A stretch of 63,680 nt of DNA, filler included, from Ferroacidibacillus organovorans (GTDB taxonomy: Bacteria > Bacillota > Bacilli > Alicyclobacillales > SLC66): NCBI RefSeq assembly GCF_001642725.1. It is 4 parts of 4 records of this genome, joined end to end, with 100 filler letters (N's around TTAATTAATTAA, not from the genome) between each part and the next. Parts side by side here need not be neighbours in the genome. Positions count along the whole stretch, not along the records: positions 1 to 18,061 come from NZ_LSUQ01000052.1; 3 more parts are not named here. One strand, given 5' to 3'. Shown here piece by piece: positions 1 to 13,400 of the stretch. The position numbers and the translations under genes are program-made. Below the pieces are notes generated by a model. The model was not told where the DNA came from and ran no database searches. It saw nothing but the letters and a program-made list of their open reading frames with translations. Position 1 is the first letter of the stretch; each line of letters starts with the position of its first letter.

Positions 1-1331
1 CTACGCTGGAAGACGTAAACGCGGCGGTCGCGGACGCCGCACACGCGTTTAAAACGTGGAGCCGCGTGCCTGCTCCTAAGCGTGCGCGCATCATGTTTTC
101 CTTTCAGCAACTACTCGTCAAGCACTGGGATGAACTCGCCCAACTTGTCACGATGGAGAATGGAAAGAGTTTTAAAGAGGCGCATGGCGAAGTGTTACGT
201 GGTATCGAATGTGTTGAGTTTGCAGCGGGTGCACCTACGCTTATGATGGGAAATCAATTGTCGAGTATCGCGACAGATATTGAATCAGGGATGTATCGCT
301 ATCCGATCGGAGTCGTCGGTGGCATCACACCGTTTAATTTTCCGATGATGGTGCCGTTTTGGATGTTCCCACTCGCGATCGCCTGCGGGAACACATTTGT
401 GTTAAAGCCGTCGGAGCGTACGCCGCTTACCGCCAATCGCGTCGCTGAGTTGCTCTCCCAAGCGGGGCTCCCGGATGGTGTATTCAACATCGTGCACGGT
501 GCGCGTGACGTCGTCAATGGAATGCTTTCCCATCCGGATATCACTGCCATCTCTTTTGTGGGGTCGCAGCCTGTCGCGGAATACGTTTACAAGACGGCGG
601 CAGCGAATGGAAAGCGCGTTCAGGCGCTCGCTGGGGCGAAAAATCACACGATTGTTTTGCCGGATGCGGATCTTGATCTTGCGGTAAAAGAGATTGTTGG
701 GGCCGCCTACGGGTCGGCGGGAGAGCGCTGTATGGCGTGCGCCGTCGTGGTTGCGGTGGGCGATGTTGCGGATGAGCTCGTTCAGCGGTTAAAAAATGCG
801 GGCGATGAATTGATCATCGGGAATGGACTCGAAGAAAACGTTTTCCTCGGTCCGGTCATTCGACAGTCGCAAAAAGAGCGCGCCACTTCTTACATTGAAC
901 ACGGTGAGCGGGAGGGTGCGATCGTCGTGCGCGATGGACGAAACGACCCAGTGTCTGAAGATGGGTATTTTCTTGGCGCGACGCTTCTTGATCACGTGAA
1001 GCCTGGGATGAAAGTTTGGACGGATGAAATTTTTGCACCGGTGTTATCGGTTGTTCGCGTTGAAACGTTTGATGAAGCGATTCAGATCGCGAACCAGTCC
1101 GATTTTGCTAATGGGGCATGCCTTTTTACGGACAGCGCGAGTGCGATTCGGAAATTTCGCGAAGAGATTGACGCGGGAATGCTTGGTATCAATCTCGGCG
1201 TACCTGCCCCCATGGCATTCTTCCCGTTTTCCGGCTGGAAGAAATCCTTTTATGGAGATCTTCACGCCAATGGCAAAGATGGCGTGGAGTTTTATACGCG
1301 CAGGAAAATGGTAACGGCGCGCCATTCATGA
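1..1331 (+). CDS. mmsA: CoA-acylating methylmalonate-semialdehyde dehydrogenase, 5' end outside window
   Basis: ALDH motifs ITPFNFP, FVGS, GERCMA, EIFAP; open frame continues to window start ([23 protein letters not shown]). Confidence 0.93.
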   Translation, partial: TLEDVNAAVADAAHAFKTWSRVPAPKRARIMFSFQQLLVKHWDELAQLVTMENGKSFKEAHGEVLRGIECVEFAAGAPTLMMGNQLSSIATDIESGMYRYPIGVVGGITPFNFPMMVPFWMFPLAIACGNTFVLKPSERTPLTANRVAELLSQAGLPDGVFNIVHGARDVVNGMLSHPDITAISFVGSQPVAEYVYKTAAANGKRVQALAGAKNHTIVLPDADLDLAVKEIVGAAYGSAGERCMACAVVVAVGDVADELVQRLKNAGDELIIGNGLEENVFLGPVIRQSQKERATSYIEHGEREGAIVVRDGRNDPVSEDGYFLGATLLDHVKPGMKVWTDEIFAPVLSVVRVETFDEAIQIANQSDFANGACLFTDSASAIRKFREEIDAGMLGINLGVPAPMAFFPFSGWKKSFYGDLHANGKDGVEFYTRRKMVTARHS

Positions 1332-1353
1332 CATCTTAAAAAGGGGATTTAAA

Positions 1354-1929
1354 ATGGGACATCGCTTTGATCCGGCACACGTAGATCGCTTGTTGAGCGC
1401 TGAACGTATGAAGCTTTTACCTCCTGATGAAACGCTGCAACTTCTCGATGTGCGAGAAACGGATGACGTGGCAGATATCGGGTGTGGTCCTGGCTATTTT
1501 TCTCTTCCGTTGGCAGCAAAAACGAAGGGCTCAGTGTATTGCGTTGATCTCTCTTCCGTGATGCTTTCCTATGTGCAAAAGCGCGCTGCAGAGGCGAATT
1601 GCCAAAACGTTACTACGGTCGAGAGTCCAGCAGAAAGTATTGCGCTTCCTGATCACTCTGTTGATCGAATTTTATGTTCGTTTGTCCTTCACGAGGTGGA
1701 TGACCTGTCACAATCGCTGAAAGAATTCATTCGAATTTTAAAACCGAGTGGCAAGATGTTGCTCATTGAGTGGGAAAAAAAGGAGAGCGAGTTTGGACCA
1801 CCGATTCATCACCGTCTCTCCTCCGCATCGCTAGGCGCTGCTCTCACAGAGCTTAACGTTTCTCACCAGTTGCACCATTTGAATCCTGTTCACTATGGAT
1901 TTCTTGTCGATTCGTCTGTCGTCGCTTAA
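1354..1929 (+). CDS. class I SAM-dependent methyltransferase
   Basis: VADIGCGPG motif I, LHEV, GPPIHHRL; RBS AAGGGG. Confidence 0.88.
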   Translation: MGHRFDPAHVDRLLSAERMKLLPPDETLQLLDVRETDDVADIGCGPGYFSLPLAAKTKGSVYCVDLSSVMLSYVQKRAAEANCQNVTTVESPAESIALPDHSVDRILCSFVLHEVDDLSQSLKEFIRILKPSGKMLLIEWEKKESEFGPPIHHRLSSASLGAALTELNVSHQLHHLNPVHYGFLVDSSVVA

Positions 1930-1946
1930 TTGAAGTTGGTTTTTTC

Positions 1947-3233
1947 TTATGCGGGTGGACGAACGCCGCCGCTCTGGAGCGTCTTGACGAACCCGGTGAT
2001 TACTGAAAGAATTCCACCTATTTGTAACAAGCCTAAAATGATGCTTACAGGCTCGGATAATGCGCGCGGTTGGATCAGGATGAGCGAAAAGCTGATCAGA
2101 AAACCAGCCGCGTACATGATCGAGCCTCGTTTTGCATTGTCTTTTTGCACCATATCGTCTAAACGTGGAGCTGATTTTCGATCTGGCGCGTGGGAGTAAC
2201 GGTACTCATAGCGTAAAAAGGGGATGATCTTGTGCATATACGCGAGTTGCAGAGGAAACAGTCCGCCAAGGATCATGAGATATGCGATAAGGGTCACAGA
2301 GATGTGAATCCAGCCGCTAAAAACCGCGAGTGCAAGCAGTGCGGAAAGGATGAGAAAGCTGGATGAGAGCAGCGCGGCGATAAGCGGAAATGCAATTCGT
2401 CGTCTTTTTCTCGCCTGCAAAATTCGCACACTGTCACGTACAAAGAGTGTGAGAGAGACAGCGTTTAGGGAAGCGCCGATCCACTGTAAGGCGCGTGAAA
2501 AAAGCGGGGAGATATGCAGGAGTGGAAGCAATCCTGCAACGAGGAGAAGGGTTAGGCTGATGAAATACAGACGCATAACGAAGTGAGGTATAACCCGGTA
2601 CCCGTGACTAAGGGAAAACATAGGGATAAATTTGTAACTGATCACCATCACGAGGCTGATCCAGAATCCAAAAAAGCCAAGGGTTGCGTGTGTGACCAAC
2701 CATGGGTTTGACCCTGCTACGCGATGAGTCGCAAGGAGTAGCCCGACGAACATGACGATGGGGAGCGAAATAAGCGGGAAAGCCATAAGTTTGTGAACGG
2801 CGGTTTGATTGCGCGCTCGGCGTAAATGTGCGAAAAGATATGTACCGTACACGATGGTTATCAGAAGTAAAAGGGATCCGCCCCACGCCACGATGTTCCA
2901 CTGACTCTGAATAAAACCGAGAACCATGAGAAGCACGGAGATTGTGTGTGTGGGGAGATGCCAATAGAGAACGCGGCGACTGAGCGGGGGCGCTTGAAAT
3001 GCAATCGGGATGAATTGCCATAATACACCACAGGCTGCGGTTAGCAGTGTGCCAAGAATGATGGCGTGAATGGCGGCCAGGAGAAGTGGATCACCCAGAT
3101 TCCCAAGAAGTGCTTGGGGAAGCGCGATGCTAACCAGAAGCAGTGCTGGAATGCTCCAACTGAGTGAAGTGATCAGATAATACACAGTTGCCGATATGCT
3201 CTTTTTTTGAGTGACTGCCTGATTGACAGACAT
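1947..3233 (-). CDS. multi-pass membrane protein of unknown function
   Basis: About 12 hydrophobic segments, repeated H...G...Q/K-F-I-P pattern; start MSVNQ at 3233 with GGAG RBS preferred over 3326. Confidence 0.75.
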   Translation of the reverse strand: MSVNQAVTQKKSISATVYYLITSLSWSIPALLLVSIALPQALLGNLGDPLLLAAIHAIILGTLLTAACGVLWQFIPIAFQAPPLSRRVLYWHLPTHTISVLLMVLGFIQSQWNIVAWGGSLLLLITIVYGTYLFAHLRRARNQTAVHKLMAFPLISLPIVMFVGLLLATHRVAGSNPWLVTHATLGFFGFWISLVMVISYKFIPMFSLSHGYRVIPHFVMRLYFISLTLLLVAGLLPLLHISPLFSRALQWIGASLNAVSLTLFVRDSVRILQARKRRRIAFPLIAALLSSSFLILSALLALAVFSGWIHISVTLIAYLMILGGLFPLQLAYMHKIIPFLRYEYRYSHAPDRKSAPRLDDMVQKDNAKRGSIMYAAGFLISFSLILIQPRALSEPVSIILGLLQIGGILSVITGFVKTLQSGGVRPPA

Positions 3234-3404
3234 GATATCCCTCCGACTTCTGTGTCGCAAGGGAGTTTTAAACGCCATTCGATACAAGGATTCATGCGGC
3301 GCGTTGCGACAGGATGAGCATACCACAGACAGAAAAAAAGAGTGTGATCAACGGGTTTTCTTTTTCAACAAGTTGGTGTTATACTAGGAAAGCTGTGACG
3401 GCAT

Positions 3405-3485
3405 GGAGGGGTACCAAAGTGGCCAACTGGGGCGGACTGTAAATCCGTTGCGCAAGCTTCGTAGGTTCGAATCCTATCCCCTCCA
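3405..3485 (+). tRNA. tRNA-Tyr(GTA), CCA not encoded
   Basis: GGAGGGG/TCCCCTCC acceptor stem, CTGTAAA anticodon loop, long variable arm, GGTTCGAATCC. Confidence 0.95.
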
Positions 3486-3493
3486 CTCGAAAA

Positions 3494-3916
3494 TCACAGG
3501 GTTTGTACATGCTTGGGTCGCCTTATTGAGGCGACCTTTTTTGTTGCGGCTCGAAACGCACACCTTATGAGGGGATAAAGGAGCATCATGCTGCCGCTGA
3601 TCAAACTTGCAATCGATACTTCGGTGAGCTGTACATCTTGATAAAGGAGACCGGCAGCAAGACCGATCAGCGATGAAAAAAGGGTTGCAATGGCGGTGAT
3701 GCGCGGTTTATAAAGGAAAGGTATGCCAGAAAACACGATCAGAATTCCAAAAAGAAAGTTTCCACCGCCGTCTCCTTCAAGCTGTGGAATTTGTGCCGTT
3801 GTACCTGCCTCTGCAATGCGAATGCCTTGAACCGCACAAGTAGCCCCGATGGATACATAGAGTATTGTGACAAAAATTCGCAGAACGATGTTTCGCGAGA
3901 TGGGCACCTTTTTCAT
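3494..3916 (-). CDS. hypothetical membrane protein
   Basis: 140-aa ORF with about 4 TM segments, RBS AAGGGG upstream. Confidence 0.65.
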   Translation of the reverse strand: MKKVPISRNIVLRIFVTILYVSIGATCAVQGIRIAEAGTTAQIPQLEGDGGGNFLFGILIVFSGIPFLYKPRITAIATLFSSLIGLAAGLLYQDVQLTEVSIASLISGSMMLLYPLIRCAFRAATKKVASIRRPKHVQTL

Positions 3917-4036
3917 GACCCAATGTCATCCCCTTGTATCGCTTTCCTGATGGTGATTGGCCGCCTGCCCCTTGTTTTGACTGCTTGTCACATTGTATTT
4001 AATGAATGCCATTTTTAGTCGTACATCTGGATAAAT

Positions 4037-4077
4037 AAAAACCCCACATCCTCGTAGATTGTGAGGGTGTGGGGTTT
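4037..4077 (-). terminator. intrinsic terminator after tagO-like gene
   Basis: AAACCCCACATCCTC...GAGGGTGTGGGGTTT inverted repeat with a T-tail on the minus strand. Confidence 0.7.
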
Positions 4078-4090
4078 AGAACGAAATGAA

Positions 4091-5083
4091 CTAGCGGGTA
4101 GTGATCGCGATGAGAATGGAGGCGAGACAGAATGCTAAGGCGACAAGGTACATAACACTGACCGTTTGAATTTGGGTCAACCCTGACGCCATAAGGCGAT
4201 AGTGGCCGTGCGTTCGATCTGCTTTATGTACAGGTCGACGCTCGCGAACACGTCGCAAGACAACGTATAGGGCGTCGAAAATTGGAACTCCTAGAGCAAG
4301 AATCGGTACGAAGATGGATACGACGGTAGCTGACTTGAATGCTCCCATCACTGCGATGGCGGCGAGCACATAGCCGAGAAAGGTCGATCCAGCGTCCCCC
4401 ATGATAATGCGTGCCGGATAGAAATTGTATCGCAAGAAAGCGAGTGTGACGCCAATCAGTGAGGCGGCGAGAATGGCGGATGTGCTATCACCTTTTATCG
4501 TTGAGATGATCATCAGGGTTGTTGCACTGATTGCGGCAATCCCACCAGCCAAGCCGTCCATGCCGTCGAGGAAATTAAACACATTCACGATTCCGACGAC
4601 CCACACAATCGTGAGAAAATCCCTTAGCCACGGTGAGAAAGTGATAAAGTAGGCACCGTGAACAGGGTCTTCAATGCCACGAATCACTACGCCCGAGGCA
4701 ACTAAAAAAGAGGCGGCAATGATCTGCGCCGCAAATTTTGGCCAAGCCGGAAATTCTTTTCTTCTCGTCTTTGCATAATCGTCAACCATGCCGACGATAA
4801 ACATAAGAAGAGCACCGCCTGCCATTCCGATAAATGGTTTGTCGGTGCGCCACGTCGCGTGTAGAAAGTCGTGCCTGACGAGAATCGTTGATAACATAAA
4901 TGCGAAAAGCATCGCAGCCCCTCCCAGCATGGGAAGAGGACCTTTATGTGCTTTGCGCTCTGTCGGGAGATCAACAAATCCAGTTTTTATGGCAACGCGA
5001 CGCATTGCCGGAACGAATGCGAATGCGAATAAGAAGGATAAGAGTGCAGACACCACGTCAAGAAACAAAGGAGAACCTCCCAC
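4091..5083 (-). CDS. tagO: MraY/WecA/TagO family undecaprenyl-phosphate GlcNAc-1-phosphate transferase
   Basis: GMVDD, NFLDGMDGLA, MGDAGS, DRTHGHYRL motifs. Confidence 0.88.
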   Translation of the reverse strand: MGGSPLFLDVVSALLSFLFAFAFVPAMRRVAIKTGFVDLPTERKAHKGPLPMLGGAAMLFAFMLSTILVRHDFLHATWRTDKPFIGMAGGALLMFIVGMVDDYAKTRRKEFPAWPKFAAQIIAASFLVASGVVIRGIEDPVHGAYFITFSPWLRDFLTIVWVVGIVNVFNFLDGMDGLAGGIAAISATTLMIISTIKGDSTSAILAASLIGVTLAFLRYNFYPARIIMGDAGSTFLGYVLAAIAVMGAFKSATVVSIFVPILALGVPIFDALYVVLRRVRERRPVHKADRTHGHYRLMASGLTQIQTVSVMYLVALAFCLASILIAITTR

Positions 5084-5386
5084 GGGTCTTCACGAATGGA
5101 CTTTCCCTGATTATAGAAAGCCAGTCCTTCATTCGTCAATACGAATCGCGTTTATTTACGCGTTTCATTCATATTACATGAAAAAATAAGCCTGATCAAC
5201 GTCGAGATCGCTCTCCTTTCGCAAGGACAGATCCATGCATATCCTTATATTCCTTTGATCATTGACACAGAACTGACTTTCAATGGTGTTCACAAAATGG
5301 CTATAGAGGATGTTCAAAAGTGCGGTCTGGTTTTAATGAAGCGGTGAAGCGTGTGCGCTCGATGTGGGTAAGAATGAATCGGGGAT

Positions 5387-5415
5387 TTGACATTTTACGC
5401 CCCCCCGTGTATACT
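5387..5415 (+). promoter_or_regulatory. sigma-A promoter of tRNA cluster
   Basis: TTGACA-17 nt-TATACT, 25 nt before tRNA-Trp. Confidence 0.8.
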
Positions 5416-5439
5416 TCAAAAGCGTTGTAACTAGGATGT

Positions 5440-5515
5440 AGGGGCGTAGTTCAGCTGGTAGAACGGCGGTCTCCAAAACCGCATGTCGTGGGTTCGAATC
5501 CTGCCGCCCCTGCCA
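5440..5515 (+). tRNA. tRNA-Trp(CCA)
   Basis: Cloverleaf, CTCCAAA anticodon loop, 3' CCA. Confidence 0.96.
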
Positions 5516-5530
5516 GTGATTCAACGACGT

Positions 5531-5607
5531 GGTGGGCGTGGCGAAGTGGTTAACGCACCGGATTGTGGCTCCGGCATACGTGGGTTCGATCCCCATCGCT
5601 CACCCCA
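5531..5607 (+). tRNA. tRNA-His(GTG) with G-1
   Basis: TTGTGGC anticodon loop, GGTTCGATCC, 3' CCA. Confidence 0.96.
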
Positions 5608-5610
5608 TGT

Positions 5611-5685
5611 TGGGGAGTCGCCAAGTGGTAAGGCAACGGACTTTGACTCCGTCATTCGTAGGTTCGATCCCTACCTCCCCAGCCA
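5611..5685 (+). tRNA. tRNA-Gln(TTG)
   Basis: CTTTGAC anticodon loop, 3' CCA. Confidence 0.96.
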
Positions 5686-5692
5686 AACATAA

Positions 5693-5768
5693 GAGCCATT
5701 AGCTCAGTTGGCAGAGCACCTGACTTTTAATCAGGGTGTCGATGGTTCGAGTCCATCATGGCTCACCA
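5693..5768 (+). tRNA. tRNA-Lys(TTT)
   Basis: CTTTTAA anticodon loop, GGTTCGAGTCC, 3' CCA. Confidence 0.96.
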
Positions 5769-5771
5769 AAG

Positions 5772-5797
5772 AAAACCGCGCGGTTGCGCGGTTTTTT
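5772..5797 (+). terminator. intrinsic terminator after tRNA cluster
   Basis: AAAACCGCGC-GGTT-GCGCGGTTTTTT. Confidence 0.85.
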
Positions 5798-5834
5798 GCT
5801 ATGGGTAGAGATACGGAGGTGGCAGGGATTGTGG

Positions 5835-5856
5835 TTTGGTGCAACTTTGGTGCAAC
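5835..5856 (+). repeat. tandem 11-bp direct repeat TTTGGTGCAAC x2 (candidate integrase arm-type sites)
   Basis: Exact tandem repeat about 65 nt after the tRNA-Lys 3' end; function is inferred. Confidence 0.6.
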
Positions 5857-6219
5857 TGAGGGGTATGGATGGTGAAGGAAGTTATGGTCAGGCGGTTCTA
5901 AGCGTCTGAGATCTTATGATATGCGGAGTCGGCGGTCTGGATCGTCAATGGGATTAATACGCTGGTAATTCATATGTGTTCCCATCGCGAGATGCCTTCG
6001 CGCATATATTATTCCCCCAAGGGAAAGACAATAAGGCTCGTGGTGTGGTCCTCATGCACAATAATACATATAGTATATTGATTGGTCGTGCCTTAAGCAG
6101 CAATGCGGCACGCATAAGGGAGCCGCTGACCACTGGATGGGTAGAACAAACGGCAAACGCGAGCATCAGCACTCACCGCAGTGCGTTCGATGTGGTACAA
6201 TAACAGTGGAGGTGTAAAC

Positions 6220-6390
6220 ATGGGTGATGTACGAAAGGTTGTTACGCCTGATCTTGAAAAATCGTTTTCTAAGCAAACTCAAGGCATGAAAAGTGTGATT
6301 GAACGTGCAATGCAGCAGGGCACAATCAAACAGTTGACGAACCGTGCTGGGAAAAGCGTAGAAGTATCGAAAATCAAAGGATCGCGATAA
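6220..6390 (+). CDS. small basic hypothetical protein (56 aa)
   Basis: Strong RBS GGAGGTG before ATG 6220. Confidence 0.6.
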   Translation: MGDVRKVVTPDLEKSFSKQTQGMKSVIERAMQQGTIKQLTNRAGKSVEVSKIKGSR

Positions 6391-6408
6391 GTTGTGTGAT
6401 GCATCTGC

Positions 6409-7080
6409 TTAGGAATCGCTTGTGTCCTGCAGCGTTTTCGCAATCTCAAGTTGTGCCTTCGTGAAGAGTTCGTATACAAGACCTGTTCGCGCGTCTATAT
6501 ATGTGCGTACAGGAAGATAAAGCCACTCATTCAGGCCCGCCATTTCATCCGTATTTTCAAGCGTAATTCCTTGCGACAGGTCCTCCGGTTTAAAGGCGGA
6601 TCTTAAGACACCGGTCACATTACCCTGAGTGCCATCTAACAATGATGTGATTCTTATGCAAAGTTCTTCCTCTGAACCTAGGAATACTTCCCACGACTCC
6701 GCATCGTCGAAGCTTGGTAGCCCATTGCCCATCCGTTGCTCATTCCGTTTTTTGGCCACCCAACGTATCAATTTCGGCTTCACAATCCGCTCAACGCCAA
6801 AGGCTAATAGAAATGATATACAGAGATAAGCGAAAACCCCGGACAATTGGCTTATCTGACCGGACCATTCTGCAAAGGATAGCGCTTTCTGCTCAATAAC
6901 TGACCATAAGAGCCATCCAATCAAGATGCCTGGCAGGTTGTTGAGAATTGCATATATTGTGGATTCTAGTTCGGACGATTCTCTTTTTCGATCCTTGTAA
7001 TTTGGGTCAAGTGCTGCATTGAGTCTAGAAGCAACCAAACCAGGTACTAAAAAGACGGTAATGCTAATGACACTATCCAC
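6409..7080 (-). CDS. membrane protein, DUF6338-like
   Basis: FLVPG N-terminal motif, 3 TM helices, then SWEVF and a soluble domain; GTG start with GGGAGG RBS. Confidence 0.6.
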   Translation of the reverse strand: MDSVISITVFLVPGLVASRLNAALDPNYKDRKRESSELESTIYAILNNLPGILIGWLLWSVIEQKALSFAEWSGQISQLSGVFAYLCISFLLAFGVERIVKPKLIRWVAKKRNEQRMGNGLPSFDDAESWEVFLGSEEELCIRITSLLDGTQGNVTGVLRSAFKPEDLSQGITLENTDEMAGLNEWLYLPVRTYIDARTGLVYELFTKAQLEIAKTLQDTSDS

Positions 7081-7386
7081 GCAAGAGCCTCCCACACGAA
7101 CCTTAATGAGTATTTACGCCATATTCATACCCGCCTATGCTTTCGGTAATTGAGTCATGCTTTATCACAGAAATGCTACATCAGCAACTGGATAAGTCAA
7201 AGTATAACAGAATCAGGCTCATACAACGTGTGTGCCAGCCCATTTTCGATGGGTTGTATTATTACGTCTATATCACTATCCCCCGGCTGTTTCTGGTATT
7301 ATTTTATATGATCTTACGAATTTGATATGGAGAACTTCCTCACTTTTAATAGAGCAGAAACAAAGCAAACAAGGAGACTCAAAATC

Positions 7387-9125
<1,739 letters not shown>

Positions 9126-9129
<4 letters not shown>

Positions 9130-10448
9130 GCTTTACGCGATATGAAAAGTACAAGGGCAGCGGTGTGGAGTGGTTGGGTGAGGTGCCGGAGCATTGGGAA
9201 GTAAAGCGGATCGGTTATTTTTTTGAAGAGCGCAGGGAGAAGGTTAGCGACAAAGACTACCCACCGTTATCTGTCACGAAAAATGGAGTAGTTCCGCAAC
9301 TTGAATCTGCGGCGAAGACTGACGATGGTGATAACCGGAAGAGAGTTTGTAAAGGCGATTTTGTCATCAATAGTCGTTCTGACCGCAAAGGTTCGTCTGG
9401 GGCCGCCTCCTTAGATGGTTCAGTGTCACTTATAAACATAGTACTTAAAACTAGGGGTGCGGTTCGAATAGACTATGTTCACCACCTTTTTAGGAGTTTT
9501 TCGTTTCAGGAAGAGTTCTATCGTTTTGGGAAAGGAATTGTAGCAGATCTGTGGAGTACGAATTATTCTGAGATGTGCAACATCACAATGGCTATCCCCC
9601 CTGTTTCGGAGCAACATGCAATTGCCGAATTTCTTGACAACGAAACAATGAAGATAGACATGTTGTTGGAGGAGCAGGAAAAGTTGATCAACTTGATCAG
9701 GGAAAAGCGCCAGGCGGTTATCTCCCACACCGTGACTAACGGGCTCGATCCCACCGCGCCAATGAAGGATTCAGGCATCGAATGGCTGGGTGAGGTGCCG
9801 GAGCACTGGGGTGTGGTTCCACTGAAAACGGTAATCTCTACTATAGAGTCGGGCACCAGCGTAAACGCGATCGATACACCTGCTTTACAAGGGGAACTTG
9901 GAGTTCTTAAGCTCAGTTGTGTATACAATGGGAGGTTCGACCCATCTGAAAACAAGACAGTTTTGCCTGAAGAGGTGGAGAGGGTCTCATGTTCTCTACG
10001 TGCTGGCTGTTTAGTTGTTAGTCGGGGGAACACTCCCGACTTAGTTGGATCTGCTGGCCTCGTAAAGGAGGACCATGAGGGGATCTTCTTGTCGGATTTA
10101 CTTTGGCAAGTCCATTGTACAAATGTAGAGGCAGCATTTGCGCACTACTGGACATTAACACGAGCATATCGGTGGCAGATTCATCTAGCTTGCACCGGTA
10201 CTAGTTCAAGTATGCAAAAAATCACTAAGGGGAAGTTCCGGCAGTTTGTTTTTCTGCAGCCGCCACTGTTAGAGCAAGAGGATGTGGTAAAATTCCTCGA
10301 CACAGAAACTGACAAGCTTGACCGATTAGTGAACCAAGCAGAACGAGCTATCGAGCTACTAAAAGAGCGTCGTAGCGCCCTCATTTCCGCAGCCGTCACC
10401 GGAAAAATCGATGTGCGCGGCCTTGCTGCAGAAGGGGTGACGGCATGA
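9126..10448 (+). CDS. hsdS: type I RM specificity subunit
   Basis: Two SG(V/I)[10 protein letters not shown] conserved blocks flanking two TRDs, PP..EQ motifs. Confidence 0.95.
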
Positions 10449-13400
10449 GCCTACATAAGGAAATCGAATTCGAAAACGACATCTGCAATCATCTGGCATC
10501 ACATGGGTGGCTTTACGACCAAGGCGACGCACAATCTTACGACCGCCACCACGCCTTGTTCTCCGAAGACGTCCTGACGTGGGTACAGCAAACTCAGCCC
10601 CAAGCCTGGGAGGCCCTCGCCAAGACTCATGGCTCAGCGGCAGAAGTCACGTTACTCCATCGCCTGCGCAAGCAACTGGATGCCCGTGGCACGCTCGAAG
10701 TGCTGCGGCATGGCATGGAGATGCTGGGCTTGCGTCAACCGCTGCAACTCGCGCAATTCAAACCCGCGCTGGCGATGAACTCGGGGTTGCAGTCGAAATA
10801 CGCTGCCAACCGTCTGCGCGTCGTGCGACAAGTGCGCTATTCGCAGCACAATGAAAACGCCATCGACCTCGTGCTGTTCCTCAACGGCATCCCCGTCGCC
10901 ACAGTGGAACTGAAGAGTGACTTCACACAGCGGGTGGAGGACGCGGTCGATCAATATCGGTTCGATCGCGATCCGCATCCGAAAGGCAAACCTACCGAAC
11001 CGTTGTTGGACTTTCCACGCGGAGCACTGGTGCATTTCGCGGTGAGCAACTCTGAAGTGCAAATGACGACGAAGCTGCAGGGTGCGGCCACCAGTTTCCT
11101 GCCATTTAACCGAGGCGACGATGGAGCGGCGGGCAACCCGGTCAACGAACGCGGTCATCGCACTTCCTACTTGTGGGAGCAAGTATGGGAACGGGAGAGC
11201 TGGCTGGAGATTATCGGTCGCTATCTGGTCACAAAGCGCGACAGTAAAAAGCAGATTTCATCCATCATCTTTCCGCGGTATCACCAACTGGACGCTACGC
11301 GCAAACTGGTCGCGGAGGTACTCAAAGAGGGATCGGGGCAAAAGTATTTGATTCAGCACTCCGCAGGGTCAGGCAAGACCAATTCCATCGCTTGGACGGC
11401 ACACTTTCTCGCCGATTTGCACGACGCAGCGTACAACAAAGTATTCGACTCGGTCCTCGTGGTGAGTGACCGCAATGTGCTGGATGACCAACTGCAAGAG
11501 GCAATCTTTGACTTTGAGCGTACCGCTGGAGTCGTGGCGTCTATCAAGGGTGAGTCGCAAAGCAAGAGTGGCGAATTGGCCAAGGCGTTGTCCGGGAGTA
11601 AGAAGATTGTGGTCTGCACGATTCAGACCTTCCCGTTTGCACTGAAGGCCGTGCAAGAGCTTGCGGCTACGCAGGGGAAACGTTTCGCGGTCATTGCGGA
11701 TGAGGCACACAGTTCACAGACAGGCGAGGCGTCAGCCAAGCTCAAGCAGGTACTTTCCGTTGAAGAATTAAAGGAACTGGCAGACGGTGGAGAAGTCAGC
11801 ACAGAAGATCTGCTGGCGGCACAGATGGCAGGTCGAGCGAGCGTATCCGGGCTCACGTTCGTGGCATTCACTGCGACACCCAAGTCGAAGACGCTGGAAC
11901 TGTTTGGCCGACGTCCCAACCCAGAGCAGCCTGCTGGGGACGACAATATTCCCATGCCTTTTCATGTCTATGGTATGCGCCAAGCCATCGAAGAAGGTTT
12001 TATCCTCGATGTGTTGCGGAACTATACTCCGTACAGTCTCGCATTCAAGTTAGCGAGTGAGGGCAGGGAGTGGGACGAAAAGGAAGTCGAACGCAGCGAG
12101 GCGATGAAGGGCATCATGCGGTGGGTGCGGCTGCATCCCTATAACATCTCGCAAAAAGTACAGGTGGTGGTGGAACATTTCCGCGAGAACGTCGCCCCAC
12201 TCCTGAACGGACATGCCAAGGCGATGGTGGTCGTCGCTAGCCGTGTTGAGGCTGTACGCTGGCAAATGGCCATCGACAAGTACATCAAAGACCAAGGCTA
12301 CAAAATGGGCACGCTGGTCGCATTTTCTGGGGAAGTAAATGATAAGGAGTCGAATCCGGATCCGCTAACCGAACACAGCAAGGCCCTCAATCCGAACCTT
12401 CGCGGTCGCGACATGCGCGAGGCGTTTAACACGGAAGAATATCAGATTCTGCTGGTGGCGAATAAGTTCCAAACTGGTTTCGATCAACCGCTGCTCTGTG
12501 GCATGTACGTCGACAAGCGTCTGGCCGGCATCCAGGCCGTGCAGACGCTGTCGCGGTTAAACCGCTCCTATCGTGGCGAATTTGGAACGAAGGATACCAC
12601 GTACATACTCGACTTCGTGAATGATCCGGAGGATGTTCTTGCGGCCTTTAAGGCCTACTACGATACGGCGGAACTCGCGGGCGTGACGGATCCGAATTTA
12701 GTCTATGACCTTCGGACCAAGATGGATGCCACAGGGTACTATGACGACAACGAGATCGAACGGGTGGTAACTGTGGAAATGAATCCGCGTGCGTCACAGT
12801 CGGAGCTGTCTGCCGCACTGGAGCCGGTAGCTGATAGGCTGCTCAAACGCTACAAGGCGGCGCAGGAGGCGCGAGTGGTGGCGAAGGCGAAGCAAGACGG
12901 GCACGCCGAACAGGCAGCGGAGGACGAGATGAACGCGCTAATTCTGTTCAAACGCAACCTTGGCGCATTTCTGCGTATTTACGCGTTCCTGTCGCAAATT
13001 TTCGACTATGGTAACACCGCGATTGAGAAACGAGCCATTTTCTACAAGCGCCTGCTGCCGCTGCTGGAATTCGGCCGCGAACGCGAGGGCGTGGATTTGT
13101 CCAAGGTGGTGCTGACTCATCACAAGTTGAAGAATCAGGGCAAGCGGGATCTGCCGCTTGGTGATGGAGAAGCGGAGAAGCTCAAGCCATTGACCGCCCC
13201 CGGCAGCGGCGAGGTGCAGGAGAAGGAAAAGGCGCTGCTGGTGGAGATTATCGCCAAGGTGAACGATCTCTTCGAGGGCGAGTTGACTGATGACGACAAG
13301 CTGGTCTACGTGAACCACGTGCTGAAGAGCAAGTTACTGGAATCGGACATTCTGGTGCAGCAGGCCACAAACAACACCAAAGAGCAGTTTGCCAATTCAC

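Noticed and set aside
5333..5692. ORFs 5333-5596 and 5483-5692
   Set aside because: Shadows of tRNA genes.
9160..9810. Repeated DNA blocks in hsdS as a phase-variation shufflon
   Set aside because: Ordinary direct conserved regions of HsdS; no inverted repeats, silent TRDs or invertase nearby.
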